Shown here: positions 9,465-19,813 of the stretch, piece after piece | Layout: every line of letters starts with the position of its first letter | Numbering within the stretch: position 1 is the first letter of the stretch | DNA from: Methanobacteriota archaeon | GTDB lineage: Archaea; Thermoplasmatota; Poseidoniia; Poseidoniales; Thalassarchaeaceae | Length of the DNA stretch: 59,894 bases | Direction: 5' to 3' | Assembly: GCA_011523185.1 (NCBI GenBank) | Contig: WTHI01000122.1 | Location: forward strand, 39,962-99,855 | Program-made: the position numbers and the translations under genes | Notes under the pieces: model-generated | What the model saw: only the letters and a program-made list of their open reading frames with translations | Told to the model about the DNA's origin: nothing | The model's database searches: none

Positions 9465-11381
9465 ATGAGATTAACATTGACAGAAGTAAAGCAAAGGGTA
9501 TCCAAGTTAGTGCCTGAAAACATCGACTATGATGTAGATGTAGAGGCAGGTTCGATTGCGATTATTACAAAGCAGCCAGAAGCCTTCGGGGGCGCAGGTC
9601 AATCATTAACCGTGAAAATTGCAAAAAATGTCAAGCGTAGGGTAATTGTAAGACCGCATCCTGATATTCTCGCCGATGAAGATACAGTACGGCAAAAGGT
9701 AAACGAAATCATTCCACCTGAGGCTGAGGTGCGGAATGTTTGGCTCGATCCTGCATTATCCGAAGTTACTCTGGAATGTGACGATCCTGCTTCTGCTGTA
9801 GGCCCTAAGGGAATCAATATCAAAAATCTTAGAGATGAAATTGGCTGGTTAATATCGGTAGAACGCGCTCCGGCCTTTGAGAGCCGAACTCAACATGATA
9901 TCCGCAGATATCGAAAAGAATTGGCCGATGAAAGAAAATCTCTATTGAGGAAATTTGGTACTCGAATTTATCGTCCAAAAAGAGCTGGGGAACCATGGGT
10001 TAGACTGACCGCTTTAGGTTCATATCGAGAAGTTGGCCGAGCAATGCATTTAGTTACAACAAATGAATCACGAATTCTCGTTGATTGTGGTGCTAAGCCA
10101 ACGATGAATCGTAGTGAAGTTCAGCCATACTTCAATGCACCAGAATTACTTCCTTTGGATAATCTAGATGCAATCGTACTAACCCACGCTCATGTTGATC
10201 ACATAGCCATGCTTCCTGTTCTATTTCGGTATGGATATCGAGGGCCTGTATATTGCACACCCCCAACTAGAGATTTGATGACATTATTGCAGATGGATTA
10301 CATCAAAGTCTCCCAAGCAGAAGGCGCTGATCCACCTTATTCAAAGGCGGATATACAAGAATGTATCAAACACGTTGTAGACATTCGCTGGGGCGATAAG
10401 ACGGATATTGCTCCGGATGTAAAAATCACTCTCGAAAACGCAGGACATATCCTTGGTTCATCTAGTGTTTACATGCAGATTGGAGAAGGAAATTCTGAAC
10501 ATAGATTGCTCTTCTCGGGTGACATCAAATACGAAAGATCATGGTTATTTGATGCTGCAACAGTAAGGTTCCAAAAGGTCGAGACCTTAGTTATCGAATC
10601 AACATACGGCGGCGCGCAAGATTTCCAACCAAATCGAGCAGACGCTACGCAGGAATTGCAAGATTTGGTAAAATTAGCTCTCTCGAGGGGAGGTAAAATA
10701 TTCTGTCCAGTATTCGCAGTAGGACGTTCGCAAGAGGTGATGATTGCGATAGATCAATTGTTCAAATCCGGCGAGGTTAAACCGGTAACCGTTTGGTTGG
10801 ATGGAATGATTGCAGAGGCAACCGCAATTCACGCTAGCCATCCGGATTTCCTAAATCGTGATTTACGTAGTAAGGTATTGAAGGGAGGTGAAGAAAATCC
10901 ATTCAATTCAAGTTGGTTCAAGCAGGTAGATAGTAGAGAACAAAGAGAATCATTACTTTACGATCCATCTCCATGTATCGTTTTGGCGACTTCAGGAATG
11001 ATGACCGGAGGACCCATAATTGAATATTTCAAGCACTGGGCTCCTGAAACAAATAACACACTATGTTTTGTTGGATATCAAGCCTCTGGAACTCTTGGAC
11101 GCAGACTACAACAAGGCCATGCAGAGGTGCCTCTGATGGACAAGGGACAAACCCACATGGTCCCTGTTGCCTGTAATGTTGTAACAATTGATGGATTCAG
11201 TGGGCACTCTGACAGGCGACAATTAATGGATTACGTGAAAGCATTGAATCCTACGCCTAGGAAAATAATTTGCCATCATGGCGACGCTAAAACTTGTAAT
11301 GCATTCCGTCAAGGACTTAGAGACGAATTTAGAGTACAAACCTATGCTCCGGCAAACCTTGAAACTCTTAGATTGAAGTAA
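9465..11381 (+). CDS. Beta-CASP ribonuclease aCPSF1 (FttA) with KH domains
   Basis: N-terminal KH region, THAHVDH, AGHILGS, FSGHSD; conserved linkage to psmB. Confidence 0.95.
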   Translation: MRLTLTEVKQRVSKLVPENIDYDVDVEAGSIAIITKQPEAFGGAGQSLTVKIAKNVKRRVIVRPHPDILADEDTVRQKVNEIIPPEAEVRNVWLDPALSEVTLECDDPASAVGPKGINIKNLRDEIGWLISVERAPAFESRTQHDIRRYRKELADERKSLLRKFGTRIYRPKRAGEPWVRLTALGSYREVGRAMHLVTTNESRILVDCGAKPTMNRSEVQPYFNAPELLPLDNLDAIVLTHAHVDHIAMLPVLFRYGYRGPVYCTPPTRDLMTLLQMDYIKVSQAEGADPPYSKADIQECIKHVVDIRWGDKTDIAPDVKITLENAGHILGSSSVYMQIGEGNSEHRLLFSGDIKYERSWLFDAATVRFQKVETLVIESTYGGAQDFQPNRADATQELQDLVKLALSRGGKIFCPVFAVGRSQEVMIAIDQLFKSGEVKPVTVWLDGMIAEATAIHASHPDFLNRDLRSKVLKGGEENPFNSSWFKQVDSREQRESLLYDPSPCIVLATSGMMTGGPIIEYFKHWAPETNNTLCFVGYQASGTLGRRLQQGHAEVPLMDKGQTHMVPVACNVVTIDGFSGHSDRRQLMDYVKALNPTPRKIICHHGDAKTCNAFRQGLRDEFRVQTYAPANLETLRLK

Positions 11382-11439
11382 ATTTTGACTTTGTCAACTA
11401 TACATCAACCTCAAACATATTCGCCTTAGCCGATGAGTC

Positions 11440-12657
11440 ATGAGGGTTGCACCCTGGGCCGTTGTTTCATTGGTGCTGCTATCCTCAGCACTTGTGGGTT
11501 GTATACATACTAATGACCCCGATGAAGTAGAAATTATTGACGAACAAACTGCCAATGCGTACAGTATAGTTGCTCCAATCGATACTGGAATCAATGTATA
11601 TCACAATCATTTCGTCTTAAATGAAACTCTGCCAGAATGGATGTTGGATGGTCTAGGTGTAACTATGTGGTGTAATATCACTACGGAGGGCACATGGGAA
11701 GAACGATACGAGGCCGACAGGGAAACTTGTTGGGATGTAATAACTTCCTCGGATATAGTGTATTTTCCCGGCACCAGAATAATTGCTACAACACCAGATG
11801 ATGGGACGGACATCCCTATCCTAGACGATCCTTCTGATGGTCATGGAACCGCAGTTACTGGCGCAGTATTGGATGCTAACCCTGACGCGATAATTTTCTT
11901 TGTTGAAGGATTTAGTGACGCTGCTGTATTAGCTGCCGCCAACCAACCGTTAGTAGACATAATCACTACTTCATTCGGCCCAATTGGTTCAATTCCAGTG
12001 CCTGGAATCGAGGACTCAACAAGAGTTGCGGTTGTTGAAAATAAGAAAATTCACACAGGAGCAGCAGACAATACACCATCTCCCGCAGTGCAAGACCCTA
12101 CCGCAGGTCCTCCTTGGTCAATCGGTGTATCTGGATATGCGGAAGAGGAAGATGACCAAAAGGAAACTATGAGTGGTTCTTATCCAGATATTGCCGCTGA
12201 TTGGACTCAAATGCTACCTAATCATGACGACATTGACGGATACCATCAAACATCTGGTACATCTTTTGCTACACCTAGGACAGCAGGAATTCTTAGCATG
12301 GTATTGACTATGTTACGAGAAGAGTCAGGAGACCTAATGAGTGGCGCTTCAGAAGAAAGGAGTGGTTTACTTGTTAACGGCACAAATCTTTCCATCTCCA
12401 ATGACGATATCCGTGATGCACTAAATTTGTCCGCGTGGTATCCTAGTGCATCAACATGGGATCCAACTTCGGGCACATTGCCAATTTCACCTGTTGCTCC
12501 TTGTACACAAGTGGGATGGGGTGTTGTCAATTTGTCCAACATTCAACCATTGTACAATCACCTAGCAGAAATTGATTCAATGCCACAGCGGCCCGCAGAT
12601 GTTGTGGCATGCATGGAAGCCAATCAAGCCATGCGAGAAGCATATTGGGGCAATTGA
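11440..12657 (+). CDS. S8 subtilisin-like serine peptidase, probable lipoprotein
   Basis: Catalytic triad motifs IDTG, HGTAV, GTSFATP; LVGC lipobox. Confidence 0.88.
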   Translation: MRVAPWAVVSLVLLSSALVGCIHTNDPDEVEIIDEQTANAYSIVAPIDTGINVYHNHFVLNETLPEWMLDGLGVTMWCNITTEGTWEERYEADRETCWDVITSSDIVYFPGTRIIATTPDDGTDIPILDDPSDGHGTAVTGAVLDANPDAIIFFVEGFSDAAVLAAANQPLVDIITTSFGPIGSIPVPGIEDSTRVAVVENKKIHTGAADNTPSPAVQDPTAGPPWSIGVSGYAEEEDDQKETMSGSYPDIAADWTQMLPNHDDIDGYHQTSGTSFATPRTAGILSMVLTMLREESGDLMSGASEERSGLLVNGTNLSISNDDIRDALNLSAWYPSASTWDPTSGTLPISPVAPCTQVGWGVVNLSNIQPLYNHLAEIDSMPQRPADVVACMEANQAMREAYWGN

Positions 12658-12667
12658 CCGATTTCCC

Positions 12668-12946
12668 TTACATTACAGGGATATCAAATCCATCCTCTTC
12701 CGGATTTGGAACTTCTTTGGTTGAAGTAATCTCTACAATTTCTTCCTCTAATATTGTTGTAGGGTGATTAGTATCTCTTTCCCACCATTTACTTCGATTA
12801 AGTGCGAATGCAAGGGCCGCGGGAGAAAGAAGCAACGAAATCCATGCCTCGATAGTTATCGAGCCGGATTCGAAAAATGAGTAAATCGAAAATACGATTA
12901 GAATAAGAAATGCGAACCAACCGATGACAATTCGAGCGTTTTGCAC
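12668..12946 (-). CDS. Small two-TM membrane protein
   Basis: Two hydrophobic segments and an acidic tail. Confidence 0.65.
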   Translation of the reverse strand: MQNARIVIGWFAFLILIVFSIYSFFESGSITIEAWISLLLSPAALAFALNRSKWWERDTNHPTTILEEEIVEITSTKEVPNPEEDGFDIPVM

Positions 12947-13064
12947 GTTAAGCCCCAGTGGTTCTGCATCATTAGGAATACCCTTGATTTCGTCAATTAG
13001 AATCCTAATTCACCATCTATAGCCCTAAGACAATATATTGAACCATGACTTTTCAGCATAGGCT

Positions 13065-13502
13065 ATGGCGAGTAATTGGCTACTACTTCGTTGTAAATGT
13101 GGTCAATCATTTGGGGCTAGACAAGGAACTCAAGCATCCTGCAGTAGATGTGGCGAATCTAGCCAAATCACAACAACTGCGGTTTTCACAGATCCTACTC
13201 AATTAACCGAAGCGGTCGCAAACGCCAACCTACCTTCAGAAATCAGTCAAGAGATACAGGACAAATTAACCGAAAAAAAACGTAAACAATTGAAGACCAG
13301 GGACAGGGCAAATGCTGGAATGATTCTCAGAATAATGAAACAATCTACAGATGAAAGAGGTGTGTTAACTCTGAAATCATTGCAAGTAAGTCTAGAAACA
13401 GAAGGAGTTACAGAACCCTCTCCTGAACAAATTATTGGTATGGCGGAATTACAGGGAGTTGTCCAAAGAACTGATCAAGATGAGTGGAAATGGTTAGCGT
13501 GA
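13065..13502 (+). CDS. Zn-ribbon protein with probable C-terminal winged helix (DUF1922/DUF5817-like)
   Basis: CKCG...CSRCG at the N-terminus; TATA-like ATATATTGAA about 27 bp upstream. Confidence 0.7.
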   Translation: MASNWLLLRCKCGQSFGARQGTQASCSRCGESSQITTTAVFTDPTQLTEAVANANLPSEISQEIQDKLTEKKRKQLKTRDRANAGMILRIMKQSTDERGVLTLKSLQVSLETEGVTEPSPEQIIGMAELQGVVQRTDQDEWKWLA

Positions 13503-13539
13503 ACTCCATAAAGTCGACTTAGGTGGACATATTACTCAC

Positions 13540-13617
13540 GGGCCTGTGGGTTAGTCTGGCCTATGCTAGATGGTTTGGGACCATTTGACCCTGGTTCAAA
13601 TCCAGGCAGGCCCACCA
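13540..13617 (+). tRNA. tRNA-Pro(UGG), intronless, CCA encoded
   Basis: Acceptor stem GGGCCTG/CAGGCCC, anticodon arm GATGG-TTTGGGA-CCATT, T-loop GGTTCAAATCC, 3' ACCA. Confidence 0.96.
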
Positions 13618-13650
13618 CTTCTTCTCTAATCTGCGAAAGCAGTAAAAATA

Positions 13651-14448
13651 TCAAATGAATTTCTCTATGGCTTCAATATCAAAAAGGGAAACGGCTACGG
13701 ACAATGCTTCCTGTTTATCAAACCATTTTGCTTCTTCAATTTCATCATCTTTTGGTACTATTTCCTCAGCAGGAATATCCGCTTCACATTTGTAGGTAAA
13801 TGAAAGCCAACAGATACCATCAGGAGTGAAAATCTCCTGTCTGACAATTGACTCAGAGTTTTCGCCATACCCCTCACTCGATTCTCCAATAGGGTCTGGA
13901 ATGCGAATGTTGATTCCCAGTTCTTCCAATGCTTCGCGTTCGGCTCCCACTCTAGGATGCTCGCCGTAGTCAACAAAACCACCCGGTAAGGTCCAACAGC
14001 CTGTGAAAAATCCTCGAGTCACTTTTGCCATAAGTATCTGATTAGATGGATTAGTAATTACAACTTTGCTAACTACTCTATGGAGTGTCCGATATACAGA
14101 TTCTCTAGCCACAGGGTCAACCTCACTGTCGCTAATCACAGCATCTTTCCAAGCCCACTCACCAGGCCAAGTAATTTCAGGAGTAGCGACAATAACCTCA
14201 TGCATCTCTTGTCCTAATCTAAATCGATTAGTTCGCTTAGTATTCCAGGTCAAACCCATTCCTCTTGCTTCTTCAGGAGTTGGCAGGCGAATCGAGAATC
14301 CGCCTTCTCCTTGTCTTCCCATTTGAGGTATTGCGGGCCCATTTCCTTGTAGATCTACTAGGAGTAATTTACCATCGTGTTCAAGATGGATATGACGACG
14401 AGGCTCGTTCATCTTTGCTGGCGAGACTAATTTAGAAAATGAACTCAA
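13651..14448 (-). CDS. NUDIX hydrolase with N-terminal extension
   Basis: Nudix box GGFVDYGEHPRVGAEREALEELG. Confidence 0.9.
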   Translation of the reverse strand: MSSFSKLVSPAKMNEPRRHIHLEHDGKLLLVDLQGNGPAIPQMGRQGEGGFSIRLPTPEEARGMGLTWNTKRTNRFRLGQEMHEVIVATPEITWPGEWAWKDAVISDSEVDPVARESVYRTLHRVVSKVVITNPSNQILMAKVTRGFFTGCWTLPGGFVDYGEHPRVGAEREALEELGINIRIPDPIGESSEGYGENSESIVRQEIFTPDGICWLSFTYKCEADIPAEEIVPKDDEIEEAKWFDKQEALSVAVSLFDIEAIEKFI

Positions 14449-14502
14449 CGGCTAATCATTCGGTCTCTGCAATGATTTAGTAGGATATTTGACAATCGTT
14501 GA

Positions 14503-15498
14503 TTACAACAACTCACTTACCGCATCTCGTTCCTCGAGTAGGGCTTTGACATTTTCATCTATCTTGGTTTGGGCGAATCCATCAATAGGTAAATCTTCAA
14601 CCACGATAATTTCTCCACCTTCGCACCGGCAAGGGAAACTAAACACTAACCCTTCTGGAACTCCGTACCATCCTTCTGATGGTAGTGCCATTGATACAAT
14701 CCGGCCATTGGAACCTTGCCACCAGTCTCTCATGTGGTCTACCGCAGCGGAAGCTGCTGATGCGGCAGAAGAAGCACCACGTGCTACGATAATCGCCTTT
14801 CCACGGGTCGCTACAGTATCTAGGAAGGCGCCTTGTAACCATTCATTATCAAATACATCGGTAACGGACTCATTGCCTACCCTTGCAAACCTTGGATCAG
14901 GATACATAGTGTTAGAGTGATTACCCCAAATGAATACATCTTCTACCTTCGATGCTGGAACGCCAGCCTGTTCTGCGATTTGCCCAACCGCTCGATTTTG
15001 GTCTAGCCTAGTCATGGCGGTGAATTGTCTACTGGGAATACTTGCAGCGTTTGCCGATGCAATTAGTGCATTCGTATTGCATGGATTACCTACGGTGATG
15101 ACTTTGACATTAGGTGATGCAGCAGCATCTATTGCTTTTCCTTGGCCCACGAAAATGGGCCCATTAGCAGCGACGAGATCTGCACGATCCATATCCTTGG
15201 TCCGTGGACGAGAACCAACTAGGAAAATTGCATCTGCATCGCTAAACGCAACCTCTGGGTCGTCGGTGCCGATAATGTCGTGTACCAATGGGAAAGCAGA
15301 ATCTCTTAGTTCCATGATTACTCCATCAAGGCGTTGCATTCCTGGTGGGATTTCTAACAACTGTAATATTACGGGTTGATTATTTCCAAAGCAATCACCA
15401 CTAGCAATTCTCCACAATAAAGCATAGCCGATGTTACCAGCGGCTCCAGTGATGGCGACCCGTATTGCATTTTTTGTTCCCTCTTCTGCAGTTTGCAT
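14503..15498 (-). CDS. mdh: Malate dehydrogenase (dimeric, Thermus/cytosolic type)
   Basis: [42 protein letters not shown]. Confidence 0.96.
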   Translation of the reverse strand: MQTAEEGTKNAIRVAITGAAGNIGYALLWRIASGDCFGNNQPVILQLLEIPPGMQRLDGVIMELRDSAFPLVHDIIGTDDPEVAFSDADAIFLVGSRPRTKDMDRADLVAANGPIFVGQGKAIDAAASPNVKVITVGNPCNTNALIASANAASIPSRQFTAMTRLDQNRAVGQIAEQAGVPASKVEDVFIWGNHSNTMYPDPRFARVGNESVTDVFDNEWLQGAFLDTVATRGKAIIVARGASSAASAASAAVDHMRDWWQGSNGRIVSMALPSEGWYGVPEGLVFSFPCRCEGGEIIVVEDLPIDGFAQTKIDENVKALLEERDAVSELL

Positions 15499-15841
15499 TT
15501 GTTCGCCTCTGTAGTTGCGATAGGAATTACACCCTTAGCCTTTGGTGAGTGTTAGGTTCGTCGTGAGTCGCCAAATGACATACTATTCATCGACTTAGAT
15601 AGGTCCGTGAAGAAAGGCAATCGGCCATTATTCTGGCTGGGCCGTCATTCCCCTTTTGTCTCCTGGAAATATCATGCTTTTGCCGAATGGGTGGTCTTCG
15701 AAATTGGGTATATATTTCTATTCTAATTTCCATATGTTAATTCTCAATGAGGCGACTATTCCGTTTGATTCAATAATCTAATTCCGCTCGCAATGCATAC
15801 CTGACATGAGCCTATGGCTCATTAGGAACCGAGGGACTTGT

Positions 15842-17002
15842 ATGAGACTAGGTGTGTTGAAGGAACCTGAAGGCGAAACAAGGGTTGCAATCGTGCCGAA
15901 ATCGCTCCGTAAATTAAGCAAGTCTGGGTTTGAAGTAATGGTGGAATCTAATGCTGGCATTGCCGCAAATCATTATGATTCCGAATACGAAGAAAACGGA
16001 GCAATTATCTCAAACAGATTAGAGGTCCTAACATCTCCACTAATTATTTCCGTTCACTTACCGGATGTCTCTGAACTTCATGCGGGTCAGGTCATCGCTT
16101 GCGTGGCCGACCCGTTCCGTCATCCTGAAAAAGTTCAGGCTTGTTTGGATGCAGGCATCACTCTTCTGTCGATGGATATGATCCCTCGAAGGTTGTCAAG
16201 AGCACAATCTATGGATGTTAATTCAAGTCAAGACAATCTAGCAGGATACAAAGCGGTACTCTTGGGCGCCGCCTCAGTACCAAAGGGAATCCCGATGATG
16301 ACCACTTCTGCAGGAACGGTGAGGCCAGCGAAAGTTGTGATTATGGGTAGTGGCGTTGCTGGTTTACAGGCCATTGCAACCGCAAAGAGACTTGGCGCAA
16401 TTGTCTATGCTTCCGACGTGAGGAAGTCAGCCGCTGAACAGATAGAGTCTGTTGGGGGGAGATTCATTGAGGTTGATGGTATGGATGATTTCGAAGATGA
16501 AGCTGGTTATGCAAAACCACTCACTCCGGAGTTCATTCAGAAAGTCAATGACACAGTTTGCGGAGTCGCTTCCGATGCCGACATCATTGTAACCACTGCC
16601 AGAATTTTTGGAAGGCCAGCACCTATCACAGTACCAAGTAGTGCTGTTGAATCATTCAAGTCTGGTGCTGTTATTGTTGACATGAATGCTGATGTCGGAG
16701 GGAATTGTGAAGATACAGTTGCGGGTGAAACAGTTGTTACAGAAAACGGCGTGACAATAATTGGAGTGAAAAATCTCCCAGGCACGTTGGCAAACACAGC
16801 CTCAATGTTGTATTCAAACAACCTCACCACTTTCATCACATCGATATTTATTGATGGCGAGTTAGTAATTTCAGATGAAGACGATGTATTAGTAGGCGCT
16901 CCTGAAGGAGATGATTTCTACGTCCCAGGAATGGGGGGAGTTTTGATATGTTCAGATGGAAAAATACATCCTAAACAGAGCAAACTAGGAGGTGTGTTGT
17001 AA
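15842..17002 (+). CDS. pntA: NAD(P) transhydrogenase alpha subunit, part 1 (domain I)
   Basis: GETRVA, RAQSMDVNSSQ, GSGVAGLQAIATA, GGNCE. Confidence 0.95.
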   Translation: MRLGVLKEPEGETRVAIVPKSLRKLSKSGFEVMVESNAGIAANHYDSEYEENGAIISNRLEVLTSPLIISVHLPDVSELHAGQVIACVADPFRHPEKVQACLDAGITLLSMDMIPRRLSRAQSMDVNSSQDNLAGYKAVLLGAASVPKGIPMMTTSAGTVRPAKVVIMGSGVAGLQAIATAKRLGAIVYASDVRKSAAEQIESVGGRFIEVDGMDDFEDEAGYAKPLTPEFIQKVNDTVCGVASDADIIVTTARIFGRPAPITVPSSAVESFKSGAVIVDMNADVGGNCEDTVAGETVVTENGVTIIGVKNLPGTLANTASMLYSNNLTTFITSIFIDGELVISDEDDVLVGAPEGDDFYVPGMGGVLICSDGKIHPKQSKLGGVL

Positions 17003-17313
17003 TGGAGCCTACGGTTTTAATTGGTTCAGTAACGCTTTTTGTAATGTCTATTTTCTTGGGATTCGAACTTATCACCAAAGTCCCCGCCACTCTTCACACT
17101 CCACTAATGAGTGGAGCCAATGCTATTTCTGGAATCAGTATAGTTGGTGCTCTGTTAGGGGCGAATGTCGCCTACGAAGGTGGCGACACAGTAGTCAGTG
17201 GAATCCTTGCCTTCGTAGCATTAGTACTCGCGATGATCAACGTAGTTGGAGGATTCGCAGTAACTAATCGAATGTTGAATATGATAGCTGGAAAGAAAAG
17301 GGGTGGTCAATGA
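17002..17313 (+). CDS. NAD(P) transhydrogenase alpha subunit, part 2 (membrane)
   Basis: LHTPLMSGANAISG, NVVGGFAVTNRML. Confidence 0.95.
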   Translation: MEPTVLIGSVTLFVMSIFLGFELITKVPATLHTPLMSGANAISGISIVGALLGANVAYEGGDTVVSGILAFVALVLAMINVVGGFAVTNRMLNMIAGKKRGGQ

Positions 17314-18740
17314 TGATCGATGATCAATGGGTTGGCCTTGGATATCTCCTTTCGGCGACTCTATTCATCTTCGGCTTGAAGAGATTATCCCACCCTAGAA
17401 CAGCTCCTCGTGGAAATCAACTAGGCGCAATGGGGATGCTTGTAGCAGTTCTCACAACAGTACTACAAATGGAACTAGGCGATGGTATTGAAGGTTGGAT
17501 TTTGATTGGAAGCGGATTGCTTCTAGGCGGTTTAATCGGTTGGGTTATGGCTGTCCGCGTCGAAATGACCGGGATGCCTGAAATGGTCGCTTTGTTCAAT
17601 GGATTCGGTGGTGCAGCATCAGCTTTGGTGGCTCTGTCAGAATCCTGGAAATACATCGAGGATGATACACTAGAAATCCCTACAGGTTTAGAACTAGAAG
17701 TCATGGTAGTCGCAGCCGGACTCTCAGCATTAGTTGGTTGGATGACGCTAACAGGTTCTTTACTCGCTATGCTAAAACTCAAGGGCGGTGTCGAAATTTT
17801 CGGCAAATGGATTCGCACCCCTACCTGGGGTCCATCTTGGTTAAATCCAGTCAAGGGTTTGTTATTCCTCAGCACATTAGTTCTAATCTATATGTCAATC
17901 CAAGAACCTACTGAGACCGATTACCTATTTGCGATAATTGGAATTTCATGTCTACTTGGTATATTGTTGGTATTGCCTATCGGTGGTGCGGATATGCCGG
18001 TCGTCGTATCCTTGCTTAATTCCCTATCTGGTATTGCCGCGGCATTTACCGGGTTCATTATCTCAAACAGTGTTTTGATAGTCGCTGGTTCATTAGTTGG
18101 TGCCAGTGGTTTGATTCTAACATTCATTATGTGTAAAGCCATGAACAGAGAACTAATTGATGTTCTTTTCAAGGCGTTTGGCGGCTCTGATAAAGAACAG
18201 TTAACTCGCACAAAGGTCGGTAGCGATGCAGACGAAGTTGCGATGATGGTTGACGGTGCTCAGAAGGTAATCATAGTACCTGGATATGGTATGGCTGTAA
18301 GCCAATGTCAACACCAAGTCAAGGAATTTGCAGACTTAGTATCAGAGAAATTTGACACCGAGGTGAAGTATGCTATCCATCCAGTTGCAGGAAGAATGCC
18401 TGGCCACATGAATGTCCTACTGGCTGAGGCGAATGTCCCATACGATCAATTAATCGAAATGGATGAAATTAATCCGGAGATGCCAGAGGCAGATATAGCC
18501 CTAATTATCGGAGCAAATGATACCTGTAACCCTGCTGCTAGAACAAAAGAAGGTCCTCTCGCTGGAATGCCAATCATCGACGCAGACATGGCCCGAACAG
18601 TTGTAATCATCAAGAGAAGTTTGTCGGTTGGCTATGCCGGAGTAGACAATGATTTATTTTACATGGACAAGACCATGATGCTATTCGGTGATGGAAAGAA
18701 GATGATGAATGAACTCAATGCCGCAGTGAAGGAGTTGTAG
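17310..18740 (+). CDS. pntB: NAD(P) transhydrogenase beta subunit
   Basis: IGGADMPVVVSLLNS, VPGYGMAV, HPVAGRMPGHMNVLLAEA. Confidence 0.97.
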   Translation: MMIDDQWVGLGYLLSATLFIFGLKRLSHPRTAPRGNQLGAMGMLVAVLTTVLQMELGDGIEGWILIGSGLLLGGLIGWVMAVRVEMTGMPEMVALFNGFGGAASALVALSESWKYIEDDTLEIPTGLELEVMVVAAGLSALVGWMTLTGSLLAMLKLKGGVEIFGKWIRTPTWGPSWLNPVKGLLFLSTLVLIYMSIQEPTETDYLFAIIGISCLLGILLVLPIGGADMPVVVSLLNSLSGIAAAFTGFIISNSVLIVAGSLVGASGLILTFIMCKAMNRELIDVLFKAFGGSDKEQLTRTKVGSDADEVAMMVDGAQKVIIVPGYGMAVSQCQHQVKEFADLVSEKFDTEVKYAIHPVAGRMPGHMNVLLAEANVPYDQLIEMDEINPEMPEADIALIIGANDTCNPAARTKEGPLAGMPIIDADMARTVVIIKRSLSVGYAGVDNDLFYMDKTMMLFGDGKKMMNELNAAVKEL

Positions 18741-18747
18741 ATTACAC

Positions 18748-18766
18748 CGCCTCCCTAGGGGAGGCG
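18748..18766 (+). terminator. GC-rich hairpin after pntB (terminator or 3' stabiliser)
   Basis: Perfect 8-bp stem CGCCTCCC-TAG-GGGAGGCG 7 nt after the stop; no U tract. Confidence 0.45.
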
Positions 18767-18816
18767 AACGAGCAAGGGTTATGTGTTTAACGAGGTCGCA
18801 ACGATAACAGGAGGTC

Positions 18817-19812
18817 TTGATGATGGTGCGTTCAACAAAGCTCGTTGTTGCTTTATGCCTAGTAGGATTACTAGCAATCCCAGCATTCGCCAACAGCGGT
18901 GGTCCACCGTATCTTAATTCAGATAATCAAGAGACTGCCAAATACGGGTGTACTTGTCATTATTCCAGTCCGGGTGACAGAGCCGTTGTTATGGTCTCAG
19001 GAGTCCCAGTTATGTACGAATCAGATCAGTCGTACGAGTTTGTAATCACTGTGGCTGATTCCGTAACTCTGGCTGGAGCGGATGGTAACACCAAAGCTGG
19101 ATTCCTCCTAACAGATAATGGCGCTGGGACTTTCTCTTGGGATGATTCACAAGAGATTAGAGAAGCTGATGGAGACGAAAATGCAATTTCACATTCAGAA
19201 ACTGGTGATGGAGTTTGGACCATCACTTGGACAGCACCATCATCTGATTCAGATACAATACTCTTCAGTATAGCCGGTAATTCAGTTAATGGAGACGGGA
19301 TTCCAAATGAGTATGATTACTGGAATGTTCTGACTTTTTCCATTAATCCACCAGGTTCTATCGCTGTGGGAGATGGTGATGCAACCTTGCAAACTCGAAC
19401 AATTGCCGTTGGTGATTACCAAACACTCTTCGTCCTTGAAGAAAGTGAGGCTGAAAAAGAAAAAGAACGACAAAAGCACCTTTCCGATAGAGTCTTTGAA
19501 AGTGGTAACCTGTTTTACTGGACTTCCCTTACCGCCCTAATCGTAGGTGCCGTTTTCCAACGGGAACTCCTCGAAAGACGCCATGGCCCAGGTCCAGAAT
19601 ACTTAGCCATGGAATTGGCCTATCCACAAGGTGTCAGGCGTGGACTAGTTGCAGTCGTTGCATTCTTCTTTGCAGTCGACTGGTCTGCCAACGGCGGTCA
19701 ACATGACTTCATTATTGGATGTGCTTGGTTCATAGCCGCTTGGGCCTCGTATGGGGTGTATCGAACTGTACGTTCGGCTAAAGCAGAGCCAACCGTCCAC
19801 GACGTGATGTGA
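18817..19812 (+). CDS. Secreted Reeler / choice-of-anchor V-like protein with C-terminal TM helices
   Basis: Signal peptide, NSGG...GCTCH, WTITWTAP, AGNSVNGDG, three C-terminal TMs. Confidence 0.7.
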   Translation: MMMVRSTKLVVALCLVGLLAIPAFANSGGPPYLNSDNQETAKYGCTCHYSSPGDRAVVMVSGVPVMYESDQSYEFVITVADSVTLAGADGNTKAGFLLTDNGAGTFSWDDSQEIREADGDENAISHSETGDGVWTITWTAPSSDSDTILFSIAGNSVNGDGIPNEYDYWNVLTFSINPPGSIAVGDGDATLQTRTIAVGDYQTLFVLEESEAEKEKERQKHLSDRVFESGNLFYWTSLTALIVGAVFQRELLERRHGPGPEYLAMELAYPQGVRRGLVAVVAFFFAVDWSANGGQHDFIIGCAWFIAAWASYGVYRTVRSAKAEPTVHDVM

Positions 19813-19813
19813 A

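Noticed and set aside
13540..13650. tRNA-Pro as an integration site for a genomic island
   Set aside because: No integrase, no duplicated tRNA 3' end noticed, and the flanking genes are housekeeping.
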